Positions 32,182 through 43,499 of a stretch of DNA of 64,000 bases are shown here, in pieces. The notes beneath the pieces were generated by a model. The model was given only the letters and a program-made list of their open reading frames with translations. It searched no databases and was not told where the DNA came from. Made by a program: the position numbers and the translations under genes. Numbering within the stretch: position 1 is the first letter of the stretch; each line of letters opens with the position of its first letter. Source of the DNA: Eubacteriales bacterium. GTDB lineage: Bacteria > Bacillota > Clostridia > Oscillospirales > CAG-272. Location of the stretch: positions 952 to 64,951 of the forward strand of contig JAZTYY010000078.1 of assembly GCA_045637205.1 (NCBI GenBank), read 5' to 3'.

Positions 32182-33609
32182 TCAAGCAATAGTACGTTTA
32201 AGAGTATCAAGCTCTATTTTTTCTTCATCAGTCAAATTATCGAGTTTACCTTCTCTTTGCAAGGCAAGATATTTTTCAACCTTTTGGTTATTATCCTTTG
32301 ACAATACGTATCTCCTTGCCATTATAAATCCAAACAACATAAAGATTATACACGTGATTGACATAACATATTTTATACCGTTAGAGGCAGAAGAAAGCTG
32401 AACTTCAGCATCAGCATTATAGCCTGTAAGCTCAAGCACTTCAGTAAACACAGCAATAACTATAGCCGCTCCTGTTTTGCGCGCAAAGGTCATCAATGCA
32501 CTACATGCGCCACTCATTCGATTTCCACTGACTAGCTCACCTGCATCAACAACGTGTGGGAACATAATCCAGCTTGTAAGCTGCGCACCTGCAAAGCCGA
32601 TTGCAACGAAAAATACGCAAGCATAGGCAACGTAAAGATTTGAGCCGAAAAGTCCAAACGCCGACATTGCAACAATAGAAAGTGGCAATCCAAAGCCGTA
32701 AATACGATTGATGTCAACTTTCTTAATTAACTTATTAATCAACGGGAATGCAAGAAGTTGAACTGCGATAAATATACCAAGGAAGATAGTGCTGCTACCC
32801 TTGGGTTTGGTTACGTATTCTGCAAACATAATAATGCCTGCGGAAAATACTTCCATACAAACAGCCTGACCAAGATACATGCCCAAAAGCTGTCTAAAGG
32901 GCTTAATTTTGAGGGGAGCAACAAATTCAGTAACTTTAAAACGAGTTTTTTCTCTTGGAAGCTCCACTCTCTCACGAACAAAAATTGCACAAAGTATTAC
33001 GGGCAATGCAAAAAGTATTCCAAATCCAAATCCGAGGATAAGATAAAGAATTGTCAAATTAATTTGACCCTTACCATACATACCTGTAAAGATAGAAGGA
33101 AGAAGCGTGCATGCTGCAGTACCAACGGTTGAAACAACCAATCTAAGCACGTTAGCTTTATCACGTTCAGCACTTATAGCACTTATTTCAGCCGACATAC
33201 TACTATAGGAAACGTTTATTACTGTTGATACGGTATTATAGAAAAGATATGTAATTGTGCAGTAAATAAATTTTGCAATTTTACTTTCAAAACCAACAGG
33301 AAGAAATACAAGCGCAAAGGCAACAATCAAAAGAATTCCACCTGCCAAAATATATGGACGGCGTCTGCCCATCTTAGTTCTTGTATTATCACAAATTATT
33401 CCCATAAGTGGGTCGCTAATGGCATCCCATACTTCAGAAATAAGAATTACGTATCCCGCATATCTTGGGGAAAGTCCAACTATATTTATCAAGAAGAAAA
33501 GAGGATAAACTACGCTTATAAGAGCTTGTCCACCACCACCGTAAAAATCGGCAAGGGCAAAAAATGCCTTTTCTCCTTTTCTCATACTTTTCGTTATATT
33601 ATTTTGCAT
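32182..33609 (-). CDS. GPH-family (glycoside-pentoside-hexuronide) cation symporter, MFS
   Basis: DAISDPLMGIICDNTRTKMGRRRPYIL signature. About 12 hydrophobic segments. Confidence 0.8.
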   Translation of the reverse strand: MQNNITKSMRKGEKAFFALADFYGGGGQALISVVYPLFFLINIVGLSPRYAGYVILISEVWDAISDPLMGIICDNTRTKMGRRRPYILAGGILLIVAFALVFLPVGFESKIAKFIYCTITYLFYNTVSTVINVSYSSMSAEISAISAERDKANVLRLVVSTVGTAACTLLPSIFTGMYGKGQINLTILYLILGFGFGILFALPVILCAIFVRERVELPREKTRFKVTEFVAPLKIKPFRQLLGMYLGQAVCMEVFSAGIIMFAEYVTKPKGSSTIFLGIFIAVQLLAFPLINKLIKKVDINRIYGFGLPLSIVAMSAFGLFGSNLYVAYACVFFVAIGFAGAQLTSWIMFPHVVDAGELVSGNRMSGACSALMTFARKTGAAIVIAVFTEVLELTGYNADAEVQLSSASNGIKYVMSITCIIFMLFGFIMARRYVLSKDNNQKVEKYLALQREGKLDNLTDEEKIELDTLKRTIA

Positions 33610-33613
33610 AATT

Positions 33614-34387
33614 TTACTCCTTGATATCAGAAATTATCGAATTAAGATATTTATAGCTTTTATCAATATCAGCATATGGAGTTTTGGTCTTTTGCTCAAT
33701 TACATAATAGCTACAACCAACCTCTTTTGCAGCTTTGAGCACATTGGTAAAGTCAATAACACCATCTCCAACCGAGGTATCAACACTTAACACGTCAATA
33801 CCGCGCTTTTTGAAAGTCAGATCGCGAAGGTGTATTCCAAGAAGTCTATTACCGAATTCTTTTATTTGAACGGATGGCTCCTTGCCACTTCGAGCAGTCC
33901 AATACGTGTCATGTACAAATTTAATTTTATTGGTCTTTGACAAAAGCTCTGCCATTCTCGTTTTTTCATTTGAAAGCTTAATATACTCCCAATTATGATG
34001 ATGATATGCAAGGGTTATTCCCTTTTTTGCATAGACGTCAGTTATCTCATCAAGTGAATCAACGAATTTATAAAACTCGTTTTCACTACCTAAAATGCAT
34101 TTGAATGGTAGCATTGAAATTACAACGTTCTTACATCCTGTAATATTGCAAAACTCAACAATATCATCCACATCACCATAAACATTTTTTGGCTTCACCT
34201 GGATAGAGCTTATTTGGATGCCAAATTCATCAATCAATTCTTTAAGTGCTTTGGCATTTTTAAAATTAAAATCAATTCTTGCCACCTCAAAGCTTTTGAT
34301 TCCAAGCTCTATCAACGGAAGGTAGGAAGCGCGAATATTCTTTTTTTGTGCTTTTCTAATAGTAAAGGTCTGAACTCCAAAATTCAT
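33614..34387 (-). CDS. sugar phosphate isomerase/epimerase (xylose-isomerase-like TIM barrel)
   Basis: 257 aa. AYHHHNWE and IHLRD-type metal-ligand motifs are typical of the AP_endonuc_2 family. Confidence 0.65.
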   Translation of the reverse strand: MNFGVQTFTIRKAQKKNIRASYLPLIELGIKSFEVARIDFNFKNAKALKELIDEFGIQISSIQVKPKNVYGDVDDIVEFCNITGCKNVVISMLPFKCILGSENEFYKFVDSLDEITDVYAKKGITLAYHHHNWEYIKLSNEKTRMAELLSKTNKIKFVHDTYWTARSGKEPSVQIKEFGNRLLGIHLRDLTFKKRGIDVLSVDTSVGDGVIDFTNVLKAAKEVGCSYYVIEQKTKTPYADIDKSYKYLNSIISDIKE

Positions 34388-34389
34388 AG

Positions 34390-36531
34390 TCAGTTTTCTC
34401 TTGTCCCTTCGTTATAATTAAGAGTAAGCTTCTTACCGTTGAAAGAGAGCTCAATTATGTCAGCGCCCCTCTCAACCTTTCCGTTTACGTAATCATTTTC
34501 GTATCTTGCATAATTAGTATCAACAATTTCACCGTTAAGCTTAAAATATTCATCATATTTTACGTCAAATACCTTGCCGACACTTTCATAATGCACTGTC
34601 ATATCACTATACTCGCATCTATTTGCGAGCATTGTGCTAACAAATTGCTCAAATGCTCCATTATCCTTTAAGCAACCGAGCTCTGTAATCCAAGCGTGAG
34701 TACTTCCTCCCTCAAAAATGAGGTCATATCTAAGATCTCCGCTCGCTTCAATCAACTCTCTAACGTTATCCTTAATCTTGCTACGGTCACTTTCCAAATC
34801 CTCAGCAGTAACACCAGACATATCGTTTTTAAACATAAGCTTGCCATCACCATCGGAAATTGCATGAAGCATGATATATGTTTCACCTTTGCGACCAAAG
34901 ATATAGCCTTGATCAAGATAGTCCGTAATTACTTCATCGAAAAGTCCGACAGGAAAATATGCGTGGGTATATCCTACAACGTGAGGCTCAAGCATCCCTG
35001 CCTTATCCGGAATTGTATAAATAGAAATATTAATATTTTCATCCTGTACAGAATAAGGGAGACGGCCGTATCCAACCCAATACTGTCCTCTTGAGCTATT
35101 TCTCATAGGTTGAGCCGTATAGATAGAAAGATTGCCTGCAAGGGTGGATACATGAATTTGATGCTGATCAGCATAATCCCCCGCAAAATGCTCTTGAGAA
35201 GTACTCATAGAATAATACGGTGTTTGATACGTATAAACATTGGCTCTTTGAATTGCTTTACCATCAGTTGAAGGGTTGAGCATTCCTGAAAGACCACCAA
35301 GGGTATTAGTAACTGTTAAAGGCCAAAGATTAACAATCTTGAAATCATTAAGAAACTCATTATTGAAAAGCTTGTTCTTATTGAGATAGTCGATGGAGTT
35401 ATCAATAACCTCTTCATTTGAAAAGGCCTCCATGCCCATTTGCATCATAATTTGTTCAACATCTTGACCAACAAACCCATCAGCCACCAATTCGGAAAGT
35501 GTAATGCCGTTTGATGACTTAACTATTTGCTTTTCGGAGGTATCATTAAATATTTCCTTAATAACCTGAGGAACTTGATAAATGGGCTCGCCGTTCACCT
35601 TTGTTTCATACATTCTTCTAAAGCAAACAAAGAATCTATTACTTTCGGTTTTATATGCATCCCCGTTTTCAAGCACAAGATTAATATATGGACGAAGTCT
35701 ATTTCCCGTATCATCACTTGACTTGTTATCCATATACATTCTTCCACTTGCTGAAACGAATGCATACTGAACGTTGCCTTCAGCGTCCACATACTTATAT
35801 GACTGTGTTGCAATATCTATCCATATAAGGTCCATTACTATCTTCATACGAGCAACCATATCAGAATCCTCTTCCCTTGCAAACTGAATAAAGTTTGCCA
35901 TGGGTGCAATGTCTTCGGGATAGTAGTTATTTGAATAGTATTCGTTAAATCCATAGTAATATCTTTGGCTCATCCAAGCATTGATTCTCTCCTTAGCCAT
36001 GGAGATATGCTCCTCTCCGCTTTTTCCGTCAGCAAAGGTGACAGCAGGCCATTCGCATCCAACAAGATATTCCGTTACGGCAAATAGAATTTGATGATTT
36101 TCACTCCAATGGCACATACTATCGGATCTACCATCATATTGGTCCATCCAATATTTAAAGCCAATTAGACAGTTTTTAATTTCTTCTTTATTTTCTTCAG
36201 CCAAACGATGCTCGTTTTCTATGTAAAATCTTATAAGACCACATGCTGTAAAATCCGCACAGTCCTCTCTAACATCGATACGTTCAATCGCACCCTCAAG
36301 ATTTTTAGAAATAAGTGCTGTGTCTTCAAAATATGAATCATCAAGAAATTCTGATTGATACAACATCTCGGTAAGCTTGCCGTCTCCTCCCTTAGTGGTT
36401 TCACCCACTACCGGATTTACAAACAACATATTGTAACCAAATTGTATTAACACACTTAACAAAAATGCACCTATCAAGCTTAGAGAAATTATTATTATCC
36501 ATTTCTTGATCTTCTTCTTTTTATCCATCAT
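34390..36531 (-). CDS. membrane-anchored 713-aa protein of unknown function, possibly polysaccharide-acting by context
   Basis: N-terminal TM helix (WIIIISLSLIGAFLLSVLIQF). Embedded in a glycan-utilisation operon. No motif confidently recognised. Confidence 0.6.
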   Translation of the reverse strand: MMDKKKKIKKWIIIISLSLIGAFLLSVLIQFGYNMLFVNPVVGETTKGGDGKLTEMLYQSEFLDDSYFEDTALISKNLEGAIERIDVREDCADFTACGLIRFYIENEHRLAEENKEEIKNCLIGFKYWMDQYDGRSDSMCHWSENHQILFAVTEYLVGCEWPAVTFADGKSGEEHISMAKERINAWMSQRYYYGFNEYYSNNYYPEDIAPMANFIQFAREEDSDMVARMKIVMDLIWIDIATQSYKYVDAEGNVQYAFVSASGRMYMDNKSSDDTGNRLRPYINLVLENGDAYKTESNRFFVCFRRMYETKVNGEPIYQVPQVIKEIFNDTSEKQIVKSSNGITLSELVADGFVGQDVEQIMMQMGMEAFSNEEVIDNSIDYLNKNKLFNNEFLNDFKIVNLWPLTVTNTLGGLSGMLNPSTDGKAIQRANVYTYQTPYYSMSTSQEHFAGDYADQHQIHVSTLAGNLSIYTAQPMRNSSRGQYWVGYGRLPYSVQDENINISIYTIPDKAGMLEPHVVGYTHAYFPVGLFDEVITDYLDQGYIFGRKGETYIMLHAISDGDGKLMFKNDMSGVTAEDLESDRSKIKDNVRELIEASGDLRYDLIFEGGSTHAWITELGCLKDNGAFEQFVSTMLANRCEYSDMTVHYESVGKVFDVKYDEYFKLNGEIVDTNYARYENDYVNGKVERGADIIELSFNGKKLTLNYNEGTREN

Positions 36532-36690
36532 AATTCTCCTTTTTTGATTTTATTGGAAAAATGTTGATAAATTATACCACATAAAATATAATACTGCAAT
36601 AGTTTTGCATAAATATTAACTTTATTAATATAAAATTAATAATTTAAATAAGCCCTAAAAACACAATGATTTTAGGGCTTTGTTCTTTTG

Positions 36691-38997
36691 TTAATTTCTC
36701 AATGATAGGCAATAGAGGTCATTTTTTTCAAATGCTTGATTTACGTCACAATTTGGACCTGCTATTGTGATAGTAAAACGGTTTTCATAAAATCCTGCAC
36801 AACTTATTCGAAAGTTAGTTTCCCATTTGTTGTTGAGCAGCCATGCAAATACCGTTCCTCTTGGATCGATTTCGGTTGTATAATCCCAAAGCTTTATTCC
36901 ACCAATAGTCATAAGAGGGACATCCTTAGAGTTTACAACCACGGTTTCATCAGCACCCTTGCTGAAAAACCCTCTATCAAAGGCAAAATAGTCACAGCAT
37001 GTTTTAGGCAAATTAGTACCTGCCTTAAATGTGCAACCTGCCTTATCCAAATACCAATTGCCTTCGTATGCTTGAATGGGCAATGCCATATACATTCCCT
37101 CAGGGTCCATAACAAGATCCTTTGCCATATTGATATTGACTTCAATTTCGGGACGATTTTTATACAATACAATTTCAGTAAAGCATTTCTTTGTCGATTC
37201 AATACTATATTCAACCTGCAAAATGGTCTTTACGGCACCGTTGGATTTGACACTTAAGCCTAAGGATTTACCGTAAAAGATTTCATCCTTTGGCTTTTTT
37301 CTTGAACTATAGCCAAAGCCTGCGGCATCCGATCTTATACCTCCCTTAAACACCTGGTAAACGGGTTGACCAAGGGCAAGGGCATCATCACACAAGAGCT
37401 CATGACCTGTCTTCTTGTTTTTTACGGAGGTAATATTATATTCATTCCACTCAACTGAGTAAAATTCATTTTCAAAGGAGTTAATATCCAAATTTTCTTC
37501 TGGCGCTTCCCCATTTTCAAAACAAATTTTCACGTTAAGTCTTTCGTTTGCCTTTAAATCCAAGTCAAATGCTACAAAAGCTCCCCTTAAAGTATATATT
37601 CTTTGAGCAGAGTATTTCTTACAATTTTCGTCTTCAACGTGGAAAATCATATTTTCAAAATGGCCTTCCTCCCAAAAGTCCGTTGACAAATATATGGTTT
37701 CACAAACGTCAAAATCATGTGGATTGACAATTGTATAGCTCATCGGACGGTTAACGGTAAACTCACCCTCTCCAAGCGCTCTTGTCAGTTTATCTAATGC
37801 TGTGCTTGATAAAATGTCAGCGTCGGTAGCATGCTTGTCTTTTCTTAAATCAAGCTGTTGAACTAAAAGCTTATATGGGTCGGTATACGTTTGAGAATGT
37901 CCCCACGTATGCTCGGCATAAAGGCAAAGCTTGTTAACAATTTTGTCACGCTCGGATTTATCAATGATTTTGTATTCCTTATCAAGCTTGTCAATCATTT
38001 TAAGATTTCTTTGCGCGTTACGGAATACTCTTGTTTGCATTGGTGAGCAAAGACATCCGTCAGTCCACCAGTCGGGCCAGTCACCCTCATATTCGGGAAT
38101 ATCTTTAACGTTTTCTCTCAAATATGCGAAGAATTCATCCAAGGTAGCACAACAAATTTCAATTTGATCACCGTATTTCTCATTAAATTGATCAATTATT
38201 TCACAGTGATTGTCAGAAATGGGATTGTTATCAGTATAAAGACCTCCTCCCATAATTGGCATAAAATCATACTGATATCCGTTCTTTTTTACGCCCTCCA
38301 CCATGTCGAAAATTCGACGCGCTGCATAGCTATCGCAATCAACGACGTTAACAAATTGACTCTTATCAGGAAGCATTCCGGGAATACCAGGATCACCGCA
38401 AGGAGTTGAGCCCGGAATAAGACCAAGCAAATTTGCCTTGTGATATGTCAAACCGTTCCAAACTAAGATTCTATTGCCGTTTGGCGTTTTCCACCAAAAA
38501 GGAATCAACGGTTTCATAAAAGGCGCACCACCGTGGTGAGTATTAATACAAGTCATTAAGTTTTCGACACCAATATCGTACAAAAGCTGAGCATATCCCC
38601 AGCCGAAGCCGTTAATGTCAGATGCCATTGCAATTTTTGGAGATGCAATTTCGTTATTTTTAGCAAAATCGAGACTATAATTCAAGCTTTTGCGCAAATT
38701 ATCATAATTTAAGAGTTCAGCAAAATGTAAATAGTTTGCCACAAACTCAAAGCGACCTGTTTTGATTGCCTTAATCAAGCGCTCTTTTCCCTGTTCACCG
38801 TATTTATTCAAATATTGCTCAATTGCCCAAAAGCCCTCGGCAGTAAATTTGAATGGGCAAGCTCTTTGTTGCTTATCAAGAATGCAATCAACCGCTTGTC
38901 TTATGAAATCAGCTTGATAAACTGCAATTTTCTCTTGACGCTCCGTGTATCCAATATCAATATGCGAATGATATATCAAAAAAACCTTGAAAGCCAT
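36691..38997 (-). CDS. glycoside hydrolase family 38-like (alpha-mannosidase family)
   Basis: N-terminal VFLIYHSHIDIGYT (H.H.D metal motif) and large size. ATG at 38997 (MAFKVF...). Confidence 0.55.
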   Translation of the reverse strand: MAFKVFLIYHSHIDIGYTERQEKIAVYQADFIRQAVDCILDKQQRACPFKFTAEGFWAIEQYLNKYGEQGKERLIKAIKTGRFEFVANYLHFAELLNYDNLRKSLNYSLDFAKNNEIASPKIAMASDINGFGWGYAQLLYDIGVENLMTCINTHHGGAPFMKPLIPFWWKTPNGNRILVWNGLTYHKANLLGLIPGSTPCGDPGIPGMLPDKSQFVNVVDCDSYAARRIFDMVEGVKKNGYQYDFMPIMGGGLYTDNNPISDNHCEIIDQFNEKYGDQIEICCATLDEFFAYLRENVKDIPEYEGDWPDWWTDGCLCSPMQTRVFRNAQRNLKMIDKLDKEYKIIDKSERDKIVNKLCLYAEHTWGHSQTYTDPYKLLVQQLDLRKDKHATDADILSSTALDKLTRALGEGEFTVNRPMSYTIVNPHDFDVCETIYLSTDFWEEGHFENMIFHVEDENCKKYSAQRIYTLRGAFVAFDLDLKANERLNVKICFENGEAPEENLDINSFENEFYSVEWNEYNITSVKNKKTGHELLCDDALALGQPVYQVFKGGIRSDAAGFGYSSRKKPKDEIFYGKSLGLSVKSNGAVKTILQVEYSIESTKKCFTEIVLYKNRPEIEVNINMAKDLVMDPEGMYMALPIQAYEGNWYLDKAGCTFKAGTNLPKTCCDYFAFDRGFFSKGADETVVVNSKDVPLMTIGGIKLWDYTTEIDPRGTVFAWLLNNKWETNFRISCAGFYENRFTITIAGPNCDVNQAFEKNDLYCLSLRN

Positions 38998-39156
38998 TTT
39001 GCACCTCACTAAATTTTGTAAATTTGGAACTATCCATAACCATTGTAGCATTTTTCACTTTGAAATGCAAGAAATTTCGCAAAATGCCACCCACTTTATT
39101 TTCTCGACGCAAAAAAATCCCCCACCACGAGGGTGGGGGATGGGAAAATTATGGGA

Positions 39157-42100
39157 TTATTTGTAGAATTTGATATATTCAGTTTTTCCTAATACTGAAC
39201 CAACAGAAATCTTAATTTGTCCAGTAAGACCAGTCAAATCATATGTTGTTACACCATTAGTTGTTGTACCAGTAACGGTTTTGCCACCAACAGTAACAGT
39301 AAATGTACCAGCTGTTGATTTCAATTCGAGTTTTACAAATTCATTAGAGGAAATAGTAATATAACCATTGCTCTTTTGCCATTGCATTATATTGGATTGA
39401 AGCATTACTTGATTTGATGTGTAACTGTAACCATTTTCTGCCTTTGTATTGTTATTTGCAGCATAACTTGTACCATTGAAATCACTTGGTGTAATTTCAA
39501 GAACTACACTGGGTTCTGTGACTGATTCATGTCCTGGACACTGATTATTTACACAGACACTTTCAGTGCATAATGTGTCAGTACACTTTCCACAGTTATC
39601 ACATATACTTGTACATGTATGTTCGGGAGTAGGTGTTTCGCCACCTTCGGAGCCACCATTGTCGCCTGTAGTATATGTTACCTCAATGTTGTTAAGTCTA
39701 AATTGTGCAGTTGCCTTAGCAGTAACGGTGTCCACTGGTGTTTCAAAAGTAATAGTTACTACTGAACCACTTATGGTAGCAGTACAACCATTAACACTCG
39801 AGAATGTATTTTTACAAGCGGTTGCATAAGAACTGCTTGTACAAGTAATTACAATTTTTGAAATATTCGGAGCAGAGATAGTGAAGGTGCTATTTGCGTA
39901 AACTCTAAAGAGATTTGTATCAGTCGTTAATATAGCACTTGTTGAACTACCTTGTGCATTAGATACCTTTATATCGCCACTTGTCCATGTGATTACTTTG
40001 TTTTCAAGTGAACCTTGGTCAGCAAATATATTCATGGAAACTGTTGTTTCAACAGGTGCTTCAGGATCGGGTTCAACTGTACCACCAATTGTTGTTCCAC
40101 AGTAATCGCAAGTGCCGTCTTCGTTAGTATCAAGGTGGGCAGCAAGCCATGTTTCACGGAGCTGTGCTTCACTGGAGTCATTCTTTGCAATCTTAGCAGA
40201 AACTGTAATTTCGTCACCGTTTTTAATCTTGGTTATGAAGTCTTTATAACCAACAGAACCATCTATATTATGAATGTTTGTAATATAAATGGAGTGCTCA
40301 CCAACTGTAATAGTGGTTGCACCAGTGTTAGAAGGATGGTCTTTATCATCAATTACACCAGTAATTACATACTTGTTAGATGTTTCTTTACCGTTTTCAA
40401 GTGTTTCTGCAATCCAAAGTGCTTCCTGAATTGTGATTGTTGAACCAGCTTCGGGCAAGTTGTGTACACCACAGTTATTCATACAGATATAGGGGTTTGT
40501 ACCACTATAATTATGTCTGTATGCGTCAAGATTAGTAGTTACAATATTGCCACATTCTGTACATTGTTCATTTACATATCCATCTTCCAAACAAGTAGGA
40601 TTCTGTCTATTAATTTCTTCCATTGTACATACTGCGCAGATTTCTTGAATTCTCTGAACGTAGATGTTAATGTCTTGCTGACCAGATGCATAACAAGAGA
40701 AAAGAGAATTTGTACTATTATATCTCAATAAGTTGCGAGTATTAGAGCCCTTGGCCGTGATTGTGGCTACACCATCTTCAATAGTAATTGTCCAGCTACT
40801 GTTATTGGATAACGTGGTTTCGGTTCTTAAATAGTTATCACTTGAACTTGCAGCATAAAGGTAACCATCTCCAACATTAAATGCAAATGTTCCGTCAACA
40901 TTGCCCGCTTCAAGAGTGATAATTTGTACATCTGCACCAAATGTGATAACATTTTCGGATTTTTTAACTGATGCTTGACCTCTATTGTTTTTGTTTTGAG
41001 TTGTACTTAAGGCAACATTACTATTTGTAGCAACAATAATGATGCTATCACCAACTTTGATATTGGAAGCATCAGTTACTAATTCCCACTTGGTTGTTGA
41101 TTTAGCACCACAATCACAATTGCCTTCTGCATCCCATTCGTGTACATGTTCTTCACCGCCAACTGTATAGGTGTTGTTTTCTGCCAATTCAGAAAGATCA
41201 AATTCAATTTCCTTGTCGCCATCTGCTACAATCTTGAAGCCATCAACGTAAATAGGAAGATTAAGTTTGTATATACCATTTTCAAGGAGCATTGTGCTCA
41301 TATCAATACCGTCAATGGTTGTTGTCCAAGTATCATCACCATTTGCGAACCAATACTGAAGCTTAAGATTTGTCCAGTCGAGGTTATTATGGATATAAAT
41401 TGTCTTTGATGTCTTACTGTGTGTAATTATTCCACCGGTTTTGTGTTCGGCAGTACCATAAACACCCTGGCCGCCGCCGTAGAGCTGGTTGAATGTGATT
41501 GCTGCGAAGCCGGTTTTATTTGCTTCTGCAAGTTCGATAGTGTTGATTTTAACTCCGTTAATTACGGGGTTACCGTATCTAACGTTACTGAAAGGACCAT
41601 TATAGTCACTTTCTTGTGCTCTTACCCAAGGGTAATTGCTCTGCCAAGAGCTATCCTGATTTGCAAACTGATAATATGTATAATTTACCCAGTCACCATA
41701 GTAAACGTTAACGTTTACGCATGTTAAGAAGTCAGCGGCTGCGTTTGTTGCCTGCTTTGGACTATTCTGTCCTGTGTAGCCAACAAGCATACCACAACGA
41801 CGGTATGCATACCACTGATAAGCAGCAGTAACGTCGGAGAATGCATCGATTTCGGCTGCAACGATTACGTTTTGCATCAAAACCTTTGCAGAACCATATT
41901 TACCACCGATAACGCCACCGTTACCTGTGTCGAAATCACCCCACATGGATGAAAGCTTAACTGTGGAGTCAACTACGATATTTGTGAATGTGTGTGAATA
42001 TTCGTTTTCGGGAACGTTATCACTTTCGATAACGTAAATATCACCAACGATACCACCGTTACGCATCTGGTAGTTGCCAATGGTTGCATCGGAAACGATG

Positions 42101-43227
42101 ATATTTTCGAATGTGCATTTACCCTGCGCGCAACCAGCGATGATACCGATAGAAGTTGTTTCAACTATGAGTTCAGAGCCAACTACTGCAATATTTTGGA
42201 TTGTCGCATTATGAATGGATGAGAACAAGCCTGCGCCCATGCTTGTGCCAGAATGCTTATCTGTTGCATCAAGTTCCCAACCATTAACACGGAGGTTATA
42301 GATTGTGTGGTTTCCACCATCGAAAGTACCATTGAATGTCTTACCACCGTTATATGCCCAACCTCCACCGATGGGGTTGAAGAGTTTATTATCAAGGTCA
42401 ATGTCAGTAGCGAGAGTTACTGTCTTACCTTCGAATTTATTGCCTCCATCAACAAGGTCTCTAAAACCAAGGAAGTCTGCAACATCATTAAGTGTAAATT
42501 GAGTATCATTTTCGTTGTACCAAGATGTATTTGCTACAGTATCATTTTCCCACTTACTTACATTAGTCTGTCTTGCTGAGAAAACTGAGAAGGATGAAAC
42601 GTGAATTGTTACGTCACCCGTTTCTTCGTTATACACGTACTGATTATGAATAGCAAAATCAGCCACGCTATTAACTCTCATCATAAGAACGGGTACGCCG
42701 TTTTCAAGATGATAGAATTTAAGTTCAGTATTTTTAAGTCCAATGGGAAGAATTGCACCAAGCTTAACAGTGATTGGTGTTTTGTTATCAAGCGCAACGC
42801 CTGAAATATGAACATCCAAATCTGTGAGGACTTCACCGTCAAGTGCTGCTTCCTCTTCTACATTTTTGATTGAGAGTGCAAGAGATGATGCACCAAGCTC
42901 AACCTTAACGTCCGCGGGAATTAAAGCTGTAACGCCCTCTTCTCCGCCAATTACAACGTCACTTGAAAGTGCGCCGTAAATAAGTGCATCATTAGAAATC
43001 TCTGTTGATGCGGAATACACCTCGTTAGGATCCTTTGCATCCTCAACTGAGGGCTTTGTTACAGTGCCAGGCTGAATAACAGTGATGAAATCGTCTTTTT
43101 GACCTTCATTTACACCATCTTCGTGGCTATGCTGACTCTGGAAGCAAGAGGTCATAAGACCAACTACCATAATCATGCAAAGCACAAGCGCAAGCACTCT
43201 TGTGAAAATAGAGTTGTTTGTTTTCAT
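39157..43227 (-). CDS. large secreted/surface lipoprotein (about 1356 aa) with repetitive beta-rich regions and Cys-rich C-x2-C modules
   Basis: MKTNNSIFTRVLALVLCMIMVVGLMTSC has a lipobox. AGGAAAGGA RBS. NPTCLEDGYVNEQCTECG module. GGIVG/GGVIGG repeats. Confidence 0.8.
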   Translation of the reverse strand: MKTNNSIFTRVLALVLCMIMVVGLMTSCFQSQHSHEDGVNEGQKDDFITVIQPGTVTKPSVEDAKDPNEVYSASTEISNDALIYGALSSDVVIGGEEGVTALIPADVKVELGASSLALSIKNVEEEAALDGEVLTDLDVHISGVALDNKTPITVKLGAILPIGLKNTELKFYHLENGVPVLMMRVNSVADFAIHNQYVYNEETGDVTIHVSSFSVFSARQTNVSKWENDTVANTSWYNENDTQFTLNDVADFLGFRDLVDGGNKFEGKTVTLATDIDLDNKLFNPIGGGWAYNGGKTFNGTFDGGNHTIYNLRVNGWELDATDKHSGTSMGAGLFSSIHNATIQNIAVVGSELIVETTSIGIIAGCAQGKCTFENIIVSDATIGNYQMRNGGIVGDIYVIESDNVPENEYSHTFTNIVVDSTVKLSSMWGDFDTGNGGVIGGKYGSAKVLMQNVIVAAEIDAFSDVTAAYQWYAYRRCGMLVGYTGQNSPKQATNAAADFLTCVNVNVYYGDWVNYTYYQFANQDSSWQSNYPWVRAQESDYNGPFSNVRYGNPVINGVKINTIELAEANKTGFAAITFNQLYGGGQGVYGTAEHKTGGIITHSKTSKTIYIHNNLDWTNLKLQYWFANGDDTWTTTIDGIDMSTMLLENGIYKLNLPIYVDGFKIVADGDKEIEFDLSELAENNTYTVGGEEHVHEWDAEGNCDCGAKSTTKWELVTDASNIKVGDSIIIVATNSNVALSTTQNKNNRGQASVKKSENVITFGADVQIITLEAGNVDGTFAFNVGDGYLYAASSSDNYLRTETTLSNNSSWTITIEDGVATITAKGSNTRNLLRYNSTNSLFSCYASGQQDINIYVQRIQEICAVCTMEEINRQNPTCLEDGYVNEQCTECGNIVTTNLDAYRHNYSGTNPYICMNNCGVHNLPEAGSTITIQEALWIAETLENGKETSNKYVITGVIDDKDHPSNTGATTITVGEHSIYITNIHNIDGSVGYKDFITKIKNGDEITVSAKIAKNDSSEAQLRETWLAAHLDTNEDGTCDYCGTTIGGTVEPDPEAPVETTVSMNIFADQGSLENKVITWTSGDIKVSNAQGSSTSAILTTDTNLFRVYANSTFTISAPNISKIVITCTSSSYATACKNTFSSVNGCTATISGSVVTITFETPVDTVTAKATAQFRLNNIEVTYTTGDNGGSEGGETPTPEHTCTSICDNCGKCTDTLCTESVCVNNQCPGHESVTEPSVVLEITPSDFNGTSYAANNNTKAENGYSYTSNQVMLQSNIMQWQKSNGYITISSNEFVKLELKSTAGTFTVTVGGKTVTGTTTNGVTTYDLTGLTGQIKISVGSVLGKTEYIKFYK

Positions 43228-43499
43228 AACATTTCCTTTCCTAAATAAGCTCAATTTTCGGTAACGAAAGGACACAAAATTTATATCCTTTCGTTACCGC
43301 CACACACAACTCGGTGTGGAAATGTTACTATATATAGTAAAAAATTCATTAACAGTGCTAATTATAGCACAAGATATATAACAAATCAACCCATTTTTTT
43401 ACAACTTTTTTACCAAATTGTAAATTTTTCCAAAATGGAATATTAGATACGCGAGTTTTGAATATAATTTCATAATGATGTTTCTTGGGAGGATTTTTT